The translations under genes and the position numbers were made by a program. A stretch of 64,000 bases of DNA from the human T2T-CHM13v2.0 reference genome, Homo sapiens, in assembly GCF_009914755.1 (NCBI RefSeq), contig NC_060941.1. One strand, given 5' to 3'. Below are positions 43,776-57,349 of the stretch, piece after piece (the first letter of the stretch is position 1; the number at the start of each line of letters is the position of its first letter). The notes under the pieces are model-generated. The model was not told the origin of the DNA. It did not search any database and worked only from the letters and a program-made list of their open reading frames with translations.

Positions 43776-43895
43776 CTTTGGGTTCCCAAGAACAGCAATT
43801 CCTAATGACAGCTTTCTTTTTTGACCACCACTTAATTTTTTAGCTTGGTTATCTTTGATAGTCTGCATGTCTAAATCTAGTAAAACCTTCTGCAC
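43776..43895 (-). CDS. ABCA5: ABCA5 exon 14 (VQKVLLDLDMQTIKDNQAKKLSGGQKRKLSLGIAVLGNPK; NBD1 signature)
   Basis: 120 nt, LSGGQ. Confidence 0.96.
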
Positions 43896-44460
43896 CTGTA
43901 AAAGTAAAGCATGAACAATGTTATTTTAAAAATCATACCATTTATATAATTATCAATATTACTTTTTAAATATTTTAAGTTTTAATGTGTTAGATATTTA
44001 AGTAACATAGGTTTTTAAATAATTTTAATATCAACTTTAAAAATGATCCTTTAGCATGGAACTGCCTTTGACATATACTCATATATAATTATAAAAACAA
44101 CAGGTAACAAGATTCTTGAGGGAAAGGTTTTAATTTTGTGCCTTCTTGGGTGGTAGGGAAGGAATAAGAGATCACTGTGATGGCTCTTAATGTATGTGTG
44201 GAAGTGGGAGGGGGTAGAGGAGATGAGAGCAAGAGAAGGCAGGAATAAGGCAGGCAAGCATCCTCCAGATGAAACAAACTTTTATGTGTGCTAAAACATT
44301 TACTCCAAATTCTGTCTAATTCTTTGTAATAGCTTTCTGTTTGCTGGCTCAGAACAAGTGTTATATTTAGATTTTCAAGCATATTTTTATTGCACAAGTC
44401 ATTACAAAAGGTTATTGATTACAGGAAATAAAAGTAAAGATTTCTATATGAATAGCATAC

Positions 44461-44636
44461 TTCTTGTATTATATTGTTGGCTGGTATCCCTTTGATTGAA
44501 GCCAAAATTGATAAATTTTCTTCTACTGTCAAAACATCAAAGTGTATATCTAACTGTGGACAAATGCCAATCATTTTTCTTGCTTCAAACATTTCATCTA
44601 TTTCTGAGACTCTGTGTCCATATATAGATGCAAACC
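44461..44636 (-). CDS. ABCA5: ABCA5 exon 13 (GFASIYGH...GICPQLDIHFDVLTVEENL...IIQE; NBD1 Q-loop)
   Basis: 176 nt, ag/gt. Confidence 0.96.
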
Positions 44637-45814
44637 CTAAAAGCAAAATATATATTTAAATGTACATTAATTATTTTATAATGTGTATGTTTTCAAGTAT
44701 CCTGATAACTTAGTTATTTGGTTATAACAGACATATAAGGTAAAAATTAATATAAATTTACAAGGCACAACACACCCTTCAATATTATTGGTGATCCGCA
44801 TCCACTTATATTTCAATCTCATTTTCCATCACTTACAGGTCATATAACATAGTGGGAAAAGCAAGAAAGTAAAAGCTTGACACTAAACATAAATATCTAT
44901 TGATACACTATTTACACTTGTATTCCAGTAACAATTTTCTAGACACTGTGCAATAGTGGAGGGATTAAAGAACTATAAATTTTATCCTAACTAGCTGTGT
45001 GGTCATGGCCAAATTACTTAATCTCTTTAAATTCCAGCTTTCCTTTTTTATACAGTGAACACTAATATATTCATTGTTTTAATAGTGAAAATTAAAACAA
45101 TCATACATTATGAAGAATCATGAGGAAAAATCATAAATTCTTATACAAATGTAAGATATTATGACTACCATCAAAGAGTGGTACAACTAAGGACAAAGAA
45201 CAAAATCAAACTAATTTTAAAAGTTAAATAACATTTAAAGAGTTGAAATGCAGATTCAATACAATTCAGCCCTTTTGTAAAGTAAAATATTTATTGTACT
45301 GCCACTCTATTTGGTTACTGTCATAATATGGAGCTACTATAATGAATTCTCACCTACCAAACAATCACATATCAAAATTATACTTTTGAGGTATGCCTTT
45401 AAAATTCTATTTTAGAAGATAGTATGAACATTTACAATTATTTCCTGCTGAACTATTGCTGTATATTTAGATATTTGTGTTTATTTTCTCAACCTCAAAT
45501 AGTCTATAGTTCTGATTTAATTTCCAATAAGTTACTCATTTATCCTCCCTTGAAAATGATGAATAAAAACACATACATACACATCTACGTGTGTATATGT
45601 ATAGAAATATGTACAAAATTAGATCCTTTTTACTTTATTAAACATGATAGAATCATTTTTATCTTCTACTAAAAACAACCACATGTGTATAATCAAGAAA
45701 AAAAGAAAACACCTTTACAGATACAGAAGTTGGTCCCATTGACAAAAATTATTCAATACACATTTAAAGAATATATATAATGAAGTTTTTTTTTCTTTAA
45801 GACAGAAAACTCAC

Positions 45815-45925
45815 CATCAGAAGGTGGGCAGAGTCCACAAAGAATATTCATCAATGTACTCTTTCCTGTTCCACTGTGGCCAAGTAAGGCAGTAATCTGA
45901 CCCTCATATATGTCAAATGACAAAT
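45815..45925 (-). CDS. ABCA5: ABCA5 exon 12 ([37 protein letters not shown]; NBD1 Walker A)
   Basis: 111 nt, ag/gt. Confidence 0.96.
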
Positions 45926-46429
45926 CTAGTTCAGGAAAAAAGAAGACTCAAATGTAATTTTTATGTCTGTTCAGCTATGCATGATAATTCATAATATTTG
46001 AGCAATCTTCAAGGCACTATATCTATAAATACATATTTAAAGTTACCAGCATATTTGATAGCAGGTAAAACAGCTTCTTTGTTACAGTCAACGATATAAA
46101 CAGTAATGAAAGTAAATAAAAATAAACTTTATTTGTTCATACAGTAAGATTTAAGAGTATACAAAATATTTGGGAATTTTCTGTGTCCCAATTTTTGGGA
46201 ATTACCAATGGAACCAATGGAATTAAACAAAAATTTGTTCCCAAGGATATTTATAGGCATTTAAATAAACTGGCAAAAAAACAAGAAATTAACCAATAGC
46301 ATAGAAATGGCTTGAAAGGTTAGATTTAATGAAGCAATATCACTGAATGGATATGTAAAGGAATGAAGGAAGACAGGAGATGGGGACCTGAAATGATGAA
46401 GCAGAAATGGCTTATCAAAAAACTAGGCT

Positions 46430-46731
46430 GGCCAGGCACAGTGGCTCGTGCCTGTAATCCCAACACTTTGGGAGGCTGAGGTGGGAGGATCACTTGGGCC
46501 CAGGAGTTCGAGACTAGCCTGGGCAACATGGCGAAATCCCGTCTCTACAAAAAATACAAAAATTAGCTGGGCATGGTGGCACCTGTAGTCCCAGCTACTC
46601 GGAAGGCTGAGGTGGGAGAATCACCTGAGCTTGGGAAGTCAGGGCTATGATAAGCCAAGACTGTGCCACTGTCCTCCAGCCTGGGGGACAGAGCAAGACC
46701 CTGTCTCAAAAACAAACAAACAACAACAAAA
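46430..46731 (+). mobile_element. AluJ
   Basis: Dimer, (AAAC)n tail. Confidence 0.88.
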
Positions 46732-47639
46732 ACTAGACTAAGAAGGCTAACATATAAAACAAGAAGGAAAAAGTCTCAGATCCTAACGCCAATAATCTAA
46801 GTTAAAATAAGAAAGGGAACTCAACAACTAAACGTTAAGTGTTCTACCCCATGAACGTGGTATTTCTATTTATTTAAATCTTCTTTAATTTCTCTCAGCA
46901 ATGTTTTGGACTTATCAGGATATGTCTTTTACATTTTTGTCTTATTTACCTGTAAGCATATTTTTTGATGCTAAATGCTATTTTTAATTTTAATTTCCAA
47001 TTATGTGTTGGTAACATATAGAAATACAATTGATTTTTCCATTATTTATCATGTATCCTATCATCTTGCAAAACTCACTGTTTAGTTCCACTATTATTTT
47101 TTGTCAATCTAAAAGATTTTAAAAATAGATTATTGTGTCAACTGCAAATAATTTTACTGCATCCTTTCCAATCTGGATGCCTTTTATTTCATTCTCTTGC
47201 TTCTTTGCATTAGAAACAATTAGTTGTAATTGTTATTACAATTATAATTATACTTAACTAGTTGTACCAATAACTTACATTGGAGGTTATATATAATCTC
47301 CAATGTTGAATAAAAAGACGTGAAAAGCACTGTAACCATAAAAGAACAGATTCATAAATTGGACTTCATTCAAATTAAGACTTGTGTTTGTCAAAAGACA
47401 CTGCTAGTAGAATTAAAAGGCAAGCCTCAGACTGAGATCAAATATTTAAATACCTGTATCTAACAAAGGTCTTGAAACAAAAATGTGAAAAGAACTTGAA
47501 TAGGCATTTCATAAAGGAAAACCTCCAAATGCCAATAATCATATAAAAAGGTGATTAATAACATTAGTTATTAGGCAAATGCAAACTAAAACCCTATTAG
47601 TATACCACTATACCTACTTTCTTCTTAATAAATTAATTT

Positions 47640-48459
47640 GCCTCCTAGAAGACATTTGGTAAAGACTGGAGACATTTTTGGTTGTTACAACTGGGAGAGG
47701 ATGTTTAGCAGTGTGCCAGGGATGTTTAGCAGCGTGTCAGTCAGTCTCCAGAACCAACAGAATACACACACACACACACACAATGGAGCAAGTATGAGTG
47801 TGGGGTTGGGGGATTAGGGAAGGTTTATTTTAAGAAATTGCTTCAGAAGATTGTGGGGTCTAGTAAGTCCCAAAAATCTGTAGGGCAGGTTGAAAACTCA
47901 GGCAAGAGTTAAAGTTGCCATCTTGGGTCCAAAATTCATAGGCTGACAGGCTGGAAACTCATGCAAGAATCTGTTTCATTCTTGAGGCAGAACTCCTTCT
48001 CTCTTTGGTGATCAAAGCCAGGGATGCTGCTTGTGAAGGTTAATTTTATGGGTCCCCCTGGCTAGGCTATGGTGCCGTTATTTGGTCAAATACTGATGTA
48101 GAAGTTGCTGTAGATGTCATTAACTTTTATAATCATCTGAGTTAAACTTGATTAGTCTTGATAATAATGGTAAACCTTATCCAATCAGTTGAAGGCCTTA
48201 AGAGAAAAAACAGGTTCCTTGGAAGAGTCCTGCCTCAAGAATGTAACAGACTCCTACATGAGTGTGCAGCCTGTCAGCCTGTCTACAAATTTTGAGCTCA
48301 AGACTGAAACTTCAACACTTGCCTGAGTTTCCAACCTGCCTTACAGATTTCTACATTTACCAGGGCCCACTATCTCATGAAGTAATTACTTAAAACAAAC
48401 CTCCCCTAATCCCCCACCCTACAATCATACTGGTGTGTGTGTGTGTGTGTGTATGTGTG

Positions 48460-48490
<31 letters not shown>

Positions 48491-48618
48491 ATTCTATTGG
48501 TTCTGGGGACTGACTAACACATTGACACAATGCTAAACATTCTACATTAAAGAACAGTTCTTCACAACAAAGAATTATCAGGACCAAAATGTCAGTAGTG
48601 CTGAGGTTGAAAAACCCT
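47640..48618 (+). mobile_element. MER20 (hAT) split by an MLT2-type ERVL LTR (48032-48521) and by an inverted partial copy of that LTR (about 47700-48000)
   Basis: MER20 motifs ggagacatttttggttg..., gccagggatgctgct|...|tgctaaacat...gaggttgaaaaaccct; LTR start tgtgaaggttaattttatg. Confidence 0.8.
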
Positions 48619-48831
48619 ACGATAGGCCAAATGAATTTTTCAAAAAGTAACTAACATGTATTGCATATACATGCAAAATAATAAACTGAAACAAGGACAT
48701 AGCCTTATTCAAATAATTGAGTATTTTTCATTTTAATAGATACTACATTTTACTTTTACAAATGTCATGTTGTTAGTTTTATTTTGAATATTAATCACAT
48801 AAACGAAAGTATCTCAAAAAAGCAAGACAGG

Positions 48832-49135
48832 GGCTGGGCGCAGTGGCTCATGCCTGTAATTCCAGCACTTTAGGAGGCTGAGGCGGGCGAACCACCTGAG
48901 GTCAGGAGTTTGAGACCAGCCTGGCCAACTTGGTGAAACCCCGTCTCCACAAAAATACAAAAATTAGCTGGGCATGGTGGCGTACACCTGTAATCCCACC
49001 TACTCAGGAGGCTAAGGCAGGCGAATCACTTGAACCCAGAAGGCGCAGGTTGCAGTGAGCCAAGAGAACGCCACTGCACTATAACCTGGGTGAAAGAGCG
49101 AGACTCCATCTCAAAAAAAATAAAATAAAATAAAA
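48832..49135 (+). mobile_element. AluS with TSD AAAAGCAAGACAG
   Basis: Dimer, direct repeats. Confidence 0.9.
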
Positions 49136-49245
49136 GCAAGACAGAAAATCATGGTAGAGAAGTTTAAATTTCCCACAAGCTATGCAAATTATTTTTCTAG
49201 TTGTACTTTAAATACTATGGCCTGAATACTAGGAAAACTACTTAC

Positions 49246-49304
49246 TTCTCAAAGCCTCCACATTTTCACCCTTCTTTCTGTATGTCTTCTGAATACCACT
49301 AATT
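49246..49304 (-). CDS. ABCA5: ABCA5 exon 11 (ISGIQKTYRKKGENVEALR)
   Basis: 59 nt, ag/gt. Confidence 0.94.
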
Positions 49305-49474
49305 CTGAAATATAAAGTTTTATATTTTAAGTATTTAAAGCAATTTATAAGTATGTGTGTTTATTTACCATGCATATTTTTATCAATGCTATCACATTTT
49401 ATAAGAATAATAAAATAATAATAAAGTACTTTCCTACTAAAACAATGAACCAAATAATGTTGATAATGAAAATA

Positions 49475-50525
49475 CAATTGACACTTGAAAACACAGGTTA
49501 GGAGTGCCAACTGCCACACATAGTTGAAAATACACATATAACATTTTTAATCCCCTAAAACTAATCTATTAATAGCCTACTATTGATAAGAAGTCTTGCA
49601 GATAACATAAACCGTTGTTTAGCATATATTTTGTAGGTTTTACATGTTAAACACTGTATTTTTATGAAGTACACTAAAGAAAATGTTAAGAAATTATAAG
49701 GAAAAAATATATATTTACATTATTATACTGTATTTATCAATGCCGTCAGTTCACATCATCTATTTATAAGATGAACAAGATGCACAGTCTATCTGAAATG
49801 ACAGGTAACCGCACCCACAGACCTCAATCTATGGTACATACAAGCAATTCAACTTTTTCTTATAATGTCATGACCTTTCTCTGCTTCTTGAGAGCACTTC
49901 CAGCATCACTAGTGGCAATTCCTATGGATCCCATGATGCTATTCAAGGCTTACGGTATTGCACTACACATAATAAAAAATAAGCAAGAACCCTGAGACAT
50001 TACTTTTTATCATGATATGCAATTTACTGGAGAGATGAACAGCTCACAAGGAGATAATTGAGTCACATGGCATTCGAAGTATATGCTTGGAACACACAAG
50101 CTCACCATAACAGCAAAAGAAGGTGCTACAAAATTATTGCAGTGGTACAGTAATACTGTAGTTAATATTATGCAGCTATGATTTAATACTGCATCTTCAC
50201 ATTTGTTTACATTTCTCTCAACTGGGCATTGGCATAATGTAGGTCTGTCAATATTGTGTACATTAAGCTTTGATAAAGCATAACTTACTATAATCTGTGT
50301 ATATTTTATGGTAGCAAATGTTAAAATAGACTAATATCTATAAATATTTTATGCATTCATGACATACCTAACATTTGTTTTTGGTATTTCTAGGCTAACA
50401 GTTCATCTGCGAGTTTTTTCAAATTGTTACAAATCTCCAAAAAAATTTTCAATATATTTACTGAAAAAAATCCACATATAAGTGAACTGGTGTAGTTCAA
50501 ACTTGTATTTTTCAGGGATCAACTA
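49475..50525 (-). mobile_element. Tigger2-family DNA transposon (about 1.05 kb, Tigger2b-like)
   Basis: Degenerate TIRs caattgacacttgaaaac... and ...ttcagggatcaact; TA-like flanks. Confidence 0.75.
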
Positions 50526-51272
50526 TAAAATTATTTTAAAGAAGGTACAAGAGAAAAGCATAGTATTCCTTTCCATTGTAAGCGTCATTGATTCATTTTT
50601 CATGCCAACCCAACTTCTAAAACTAAGTGAAGAATCTGATTTAAGCAATTTATGGATTTTTTTTCATTTCTGATTATCAAACACTTGTTACATCAGTGAA
50701 GGGGGATATAAACCAGATGTCATTTCATGTCAGCACAAATTTCAAACCATTAACAAATGTGAAGTGATTTTCTTATTCTACCTTATTTTTTTCATATTTT
50801 TTTAAGGAAATGATTTGTTAATCAGTTAAAATTTACCGTTAAGAAAGCAGGCCACTGGCCAATGAATTACATCTTAAGTATTTTGACTTTCTCTGGAATT
50901 TTTACATTTTTCTTAAATTTAAAAAATATTATGCTTCACTTTTTTATTTCATTTTATTTTATTTCTTTTCTTTCACCTAATTTTATTTCTAAATTTGGTA
51001 CTGACTGACCTAACAAGGAATAGTAATGAATTTCTTTGGTTCTTAAAAATTAAAGTAATGAAATGTTCTAATTATGCCTCAAACCCTAAAAATCTATGAA
51101 ATTAACAGATGACAATTTAATATGCTGTATAAAACAATGTAGCATGAACAAAATTATATAGTTAATATTTATCATGTTTCAGTCTACATAATGGGAAAAG
51201 CTTTAAACATTAATTGTATAAACATCAGGTTTTATTACTTTTAAAATTTTCCATCCAAACATAAAATTTCAG

Positions 51273-51573
51273 GGGACAGGTGTGGTGGCTTACGCCTGTA
51301 ATCCCAGCACTTTGGGAGGCCGAGGCAGGTGGATCACCTGAGGCTACGAATTCGAGACCAGTCTGGCCAACATGGTGAAACCCTGTCTCTACTAAAAATA
51401 CAAAAATTAGCCAGGCATGGTGGCACATGCCTGTAGACTCAACTACTTGAGAGGTTGAGGCACAAGAATTGTTTGAATCTGGGAGGTGGAGGTTACAGTG
51501 AGCCGAGATTGTGCCACTGTGCTCCAGGCTGGGCGACAGAGCGAGATTCTGTCTCAAAAAACAGAAAGAAAGA
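51273..51573 (+). mobile_element. AluS with TSD AAACATAAAATTTCA
   Basis: Dimer, direct repeats. Confidence 0.9.
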
Positions 51574-51781
51574 AACATAAAATTTCAAACCTAGCACCAA
51601 CTTTATTCTAAATGGTTGCAAAGAAAATAAGAAAAAGAGAAAAGTAGCCCTTATTAATGTTTTAAAATCATGGCATATGTACCAAATCTAATATACCATA
51701 TTTACATACATATTTAAAGAATAGGATTTAAATGTTTCATCAGCAGTTCTTATACCTAAATTGCCAAAGATTGAACCATAC

Positions 51782-51950
51782 CTTATGGCTTCTTTTCCTA
51801 CAAATTCTGAAGAAACTGGCTCAATAATTTCACTAAAACTAATATTTCCATTAACATTGCCCTCTGATAACTCCTCATAATTTCTTTTGCTCTTTGACCA
51901 ATATGAAGGCTTCAGAAAATATAAAGATGATCTCCGTAAGCCAAATTCCC
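51782..51950 (-). CDS. ABCA5: ABCA5 exon 10 (GEFGLRRSSLYFLKPSYW...GKEAIR)
   Basis: 169 nt, ag/gt. Confidence 0.95.
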
Positions 51951-52493
51951 CTGAAAAATAAACATTAAAAAACTGAGTTACCATGATTAGTTTTTAAATC
52001 ATAAAGACAGCATTTCAAACATATGACAAGCTGCATCTAAAGTTTAGGTACCATTCCGCAACATATATATATTTCCAAACATCATGTTGTACACAATAAA
52101 TATATACAATTTTCATTTGTCATTGAAAAGTAATAAGTAAATAAAGATTAGCTGTATTGTATTAAATCAATATTGTATGAATCAAAGTTTTATTGATAAA
52201 TAATTCTAGTCCATAAATAGTTTCAGAATTGCTGAGTGGGAGGTAAAGGTGAATAAAGCACATCTTCTATGCTAAAGGAACTAATGCCTTTATGAGTACA
52301 AGTAGATAGCAAATGGCAAGAACACAACACAGGCTGAATGTGTTGAAGACTTGAATGGGCACCATCTTAAATGATCTTTGAAAATAGGTAGTAACTAGAA
52401 AAGTGGATATGCTTCATGGAAAAGACTACAGAATTATGGAGAGCAACAAAACAACAGGATAGAAATATGAGACTTAGAAATGGTATACAATGA

Positions 52494-52782
52494 GGCCAGG
52501 CATGGTGGCTCTCACCTATAATCCCAACACTTTGGAAGGCAGAGGCTGGCATATTGCTTGAGCCCAGGAGTTTGAGACCAGCCTGGGCAATATGGCAAAA
52601 CCTTGTCTCTGCAAAAAATACAAAAAATTAGTCAGATGCGGTGGTGCATGCCTGTAGTCCCAGCTACCTGGGAGGCTGAGGCAAGGGGATCACTTGAGCC
52701 CAGGAGGCTGAGCCTGCAGTGAGCTGTGATCGTGCCACTGCACTCCAGCTTGGAAGACACAGCAAAACCCTGTCTCAAAAAA
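52494..52782 (+). mobile_element. AluJ, with its 3' 20 nt (AGACACAGCAAAACCCTGTC) duplicated
   Basis: Dimer. Confidence 0.88.
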
Positions 52783-52801
52783 GACACAGCAAAACCCTGT
52801 C

Positions 52802-52990
52802 GGAAGGAAGGAAGGTAGGTAGGAAGGTAGGAAGGAAGGAAGGAAGGAAGGAAGGAAGGAAGGAAGGAAGGAAGGAAGGAAGGAAGGAAGGAAGGAAGGG
52901 AGGGGAAAGAGAAAGAAAGAGAGAGAGAGGAAGGAAGGAAGGAAGGAAGGAAGGAAGGAAGGAAGGAAGGAAGGAAGGAAGGAAAGAAAG
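52802..52990 (+). repeat. Compound GGAA microsatellite: (GGAA)17 at 52830-52897 and (GGAA)14 at 52929-52984
   Basis: Counted directly. Confidence 0.95.
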
Positions 52991-53195
52991 GGCATACAGT
53001 GGTAACTGCCCAGACAACATGTTCCATTTTCTCCCTTTTCCCTCTCAAAATACCTACACTCCTCATTTTTTTCAAATATCTACTCTTCTTTTAGATTGGC
53101 CACATTTCAAAGGGATCTGATGCCAAGTACAGAGGATTCCAATTGATTTTATCAGTACTTGGCATTCCTCTGGGAACTGTTACTGCTCCAACAGC

Positions 53196-54090
53196 AAGCA
53201 AACAAAAACATAAATGTAGGGAAAGGACACCCTATTCAACAAATGGTGCTGGGATAATTGGCAAGCCACACGTAGAAGAATGAAACTGGATCCTCATCTC
53301 TCACCCTATACAAAAATCACTCAAGATAGATAAAAGACTTAAATCTAAGACCTGAAACCATAAAAATTTGAGACGATAACATCAGAAAAAAGGCAAAGAC
53401 TTCATGACCAAGAAGCCAAAAGCAAATGCAACAAAAACAAAGATAGATAGGACTTAATTAAACCAAAAAGCTTCTCCATAGCAAAAGAAATAATCAGCAG
53501 TTGACAGATAACCCACAGAGTGGGAGAAGGTCTTCACTATATATATATGTTGACAAAGGACTAACATCTAGAATCTATGAGTCACTCAAATCAGCAAGAA
53601 CAAAACGAACAATCCCATCAAAAAGTACGCTAAGAACATGAATAGATAACTCTAATAAGATATACAAATGGCCAAGAAACATGAAAAAATGCTCAACATC
53701 ACTAATGATCAGGGAAATTCAGATCAAAACCACAATGTGATACCACCTTACTCCTACGAGAATGGCCATTATCGAAACATCAAAAAATAATAGATGTTGG
53801 CATGGATGTGGTGAAAAGGGAACACTTTTCCACTGTTGGTGGGAATGTAAACTAGTAAAGCCACTATGGAAAGCAGTGTGGAGATTCCTTAAAGAACTAA
53901 GGTAAGTCTACCGATTGATCCAGCAATCCCACTCCTGGGCATCTACCCAGAGGAAAAGAAGTCATTATGTGAAAAATATACTTCCCCACACATGTTGATA
54001 ACAGTATAATTAATTCACAATTACAAAAATATGGAACCAACCTAAATGCCCATCCCAACAACTGGATAAAGAAAATGTGATACACACACA

Positions 54091-54134
<44 letters not shown>

Positions 54135-54500
54135 GGAATCCTACTCATCCATAAAAAGGAACAAAATAATGCCATTTGCAGCAACCTGGATGGAAATGGA
54201 GACCATTATTCTAAGTAAAGTAACTCAGGAATAGAAAACCAAATATTGTATGTTCTCACTCATAAGTGGGAGCTAAGCTATGAGGACACAAAGACATAAG
54301 AACGATACAATGGATTATGGGGGCTCAGGGAAAAGGTGGGAGGGGGGTGAGGGATAAAAGAATACACACTGGGTACAGTGTACATTGCTAGGGTGACAGG
54401 TGCACCAATATCTCAGAAATTAACACTAAAGGACTTATTCATGTAACCAAACACCACCTGTTCCCCAAAAATCTATTAAAAAATAATAAAACCTCAAAAA
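53196..54500 (+). mobile_element. L1PB-like 3' fragment with an internal (CA)n at about 54082-54131
   Basis: ORF2 C-terminal and 3'UTR motifs. Confidence 0.85.
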
Positions 54501-54567
54501 AAGGGGTGAAGTGCTCAGACAGACTTGAGGTATGTAACTAGATGAGAGATACTGCAATGGTCTAGAC

Positions 54568-55077
54568 TAGTGGTCCCCAGCCTTTTTGGCACCAGGGACT
54601 GGTTTTGTGATAGAAAATTTTTCCACAGACAGGGAGCAAGGATAGTTTCAGGATGATTCAAATGCATTACATTTATTGTGAATTTTATTTCTATTATTAT
54701 TACATTGTAATATATAATGAAACAATTATACAACTCACTATAAGGTAGAATCAGTGGGAGCCCTGAGCTTGTTTTTCTGCAACTAGGCGGTCCCATCTGG
54801 GGGTGATGGGAGACAGTGACAGATCATCAGGCATTAGATTCTCATAAGAAGCATGCAACCTAGATCCTTCACATGCGCGGTTCGCAATAGGGTTCATACT
54901 CGTATGAGAATTGAATGCTGCCACTGATCTGACAGGAGGTGGAGCTCAGGTGGTAATGCAAGCAATGAGGAGCAGCTGTGAATACAGATGAAGCTTCACT
55001 CACATGCCTCCTACTGTGCAGCCCAGTTCCTCACAGGCAGCTAGTAAGATCTGTGTCCTGGGGGTTGGGAACCTCTA
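54568..55077 (+). mobile_element. MER1A-like hAT-Charlie element with 8-bp TSD GTCTAGAC
   Basis: TIR-like ends; direct repeats at 54560-54567 and 55078-55085. Confidence 0.85.
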
Positions 55078-55089
55078 GTCTAGACTAGT

Positions 55090-55305
55090 ATTACACAATA
55101 CAACTTTTATAATGGTCAAAATGTTCTACAGAACATCTAGATTGCACCATGCAATTTAGTAACTAACAGCCATATATGGCTACTGAGCACTTGGAATGTG
55201 GCCTGTGCTACTGAAAAAAATAAATTGTTAATTGATTTAATTGTAATCAATTTAAATTTTAAAAGCCACACATGGCTAGTAGTTACCATACAGGACAGTA
55301 CAGGT
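55090..55305. mobile_element. MER3-like hAT-Charlie element
   Basis: agccatatatggctactgagcacttg...agccacacatggctagt internal symmetry. Confidence 0.65.
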
Positions 55306-55770
55306 GTAGAATACAGACACAGGTAATGAGGAATACAAGTGGAAAAGGAAATATGCTCAATACTTAATATTACTATTGAATCTACAGGAGTTTGCTATAT
55401 TGGCTATAGATGTGGACAGGAGATAAAGAAAATGGTAGGAGTTACAAGATCACTTCATAGTTTTAGACCTTAGAGGGTAAAATAAAATACTTCAATTAAA
55501 AAAGACTGATATAAAGAAGGACCAAGGTAAGATCAACTAGAGACTTAAGGCTTTCAAAACTGCTCTCTTTTTACACGATCTCTTTATGTTCACTAGTGGC
55601 TATAGCCTAAGGTACAAAATATACTTATTTAAAGTCAAATTAAAAGCTTTAACAATGAATATGACTTAGGGTACCCTGGTTAGGAAAAAAAATCTTAAAA
55701 TTAAGCTGACCCTATGTGGGCAAAAAAGCCTAAAAATCTTTAAAGTAAAATTCAAAAACCATCTGCATAC

Positions 55771-55918
55771 CTGGAATGACTTGATCAAGATAGACAGCCA
55801 AGAGGACATAGAATATACTATTAAGTGTGAGCATGATAATTGTAATAATTAGAGGATATGGGCCTGCAGTCAAATTTGAAAATGAAGCACCTTCATTAAA
55901 ATCTTCTAAATGCATGAC
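55771..55918 (-). CDS. ABCA5: ABCA5 exon 9 (VMHLEDFNEGASFSNL...YLDQVIP)
   Basis: 148 nt, ag/gt. Confidence 0.95.
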
Positions 55919-57349
55919 CTGAAAAATACAAACACTAACTTTATTACATAAAAATGACAAAAACAAGCAAAAGCTAACACTACTTAAGAGTTATTTAGCA
56001 TATCCAGAGTGATAGTAACCAACTGGGCCTTTTAATAGATTAAACACTTGACCAAATTAATAATATAAATTTATAAGGAAAACAATAAAGACTTTACAAA
56101 AATGTAAGTTTATCAAACCAATTCCTTTCAATCATGTTTTTAATGTTGTGCTTCTTTAACTGGGATATATTCACTCTAGGGGCATTTAATTCCAATGTAA
56201 TTACTAACAAATGAAATAAAAACAAACTGCAATATTAATAATAACAAATGCAAACAAAAGGGTTATGATCCATATGAAAGCCAAACAAATTAAGTATTAG
56301 GGAATAAAATTAGGTTAGCATCTTTCCAATAGAGAAAAGCAAGTATTTTGATTAATTAACACAATTATTAAAGTATTCATAGTAGATATTTGTGATAGCA
56401 TGGAAAGAGAAATGTACTGGAGGTTGAAGCCTCATTTAGGTCCTAGCCCTGCCATTAAGTGAATACGCTTTAATTATACTATTCTAGGCTTCAGTCCTCT
56501 CATTTATAAAATGAAGAAGATAAATTCAATGACACTGAAAGGCCATCCCACTCACAACAAAAACCTATGAATCTATAATTCTTCGTTCCTAGAGAACGCG
56601 GACTCGGGGACTCAATGAACTCTCAAAATGTATAACAATCATTCTCAGGTCTCAAAAAAGTAAAATGATTAACTCAATATTTAATTATATCTCATAAATC
56701 AGAACTTCTATCCAACCAACATGAGTAATTTCTTATATTTAGTAATTACATTTTTTTCTTTGTACATTAGCCAAATTCATGTTCCACTACAAAGCCATTT
56801 CTTATAAGACTTCTTCCATTTAGAACCTAACTACTCCTGTAAGGACTAATAAAAATAATATTTGTAAGTCTGAATGTTATTTTGAATGACAATTCCATGA
56901 AGCCTGGGCCAAGAAAATCCACCAGGCCTACTTATTCCACCACTACACTCACGGTAAATTTGTTCTGCTCCACACACAATTTTCTCCCATGCATTCTTCT
57001 GAGATAAATGTACAAATGATAGCAATATAACCAGGCCATAGGCAATAAGAATTACTTGACATTTAAACACATTACTATCAAACTGAGTTTCTGCAGTGAA
57101 ATAAATCACTGAGATACACTGAAGTAAAAAGTAAAAAATTTATAAACAGAACATTTAACTAAAAACTTAAAATTGGACAAACATAAATAAAACTAGATAT
57201 AAAATATACTCTAGAAATCATTTCTTCCTCATGCTAAAATTTTAAAATAATTTTTTTGGTAAATCAAAGGTAGTATTCATGGTAGTATAAGAAGCTACAT
57301 AAAACAGAAAGAAAATATTTAGTGAATGCAAGATTAATATATTACCTAC

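Noticed and set aside
52632-53120. Long ORFs with LPSF/GRKE repeats
   Set aside because: Translation artefacts of the GGAA microsatellite and the adjacent Alu
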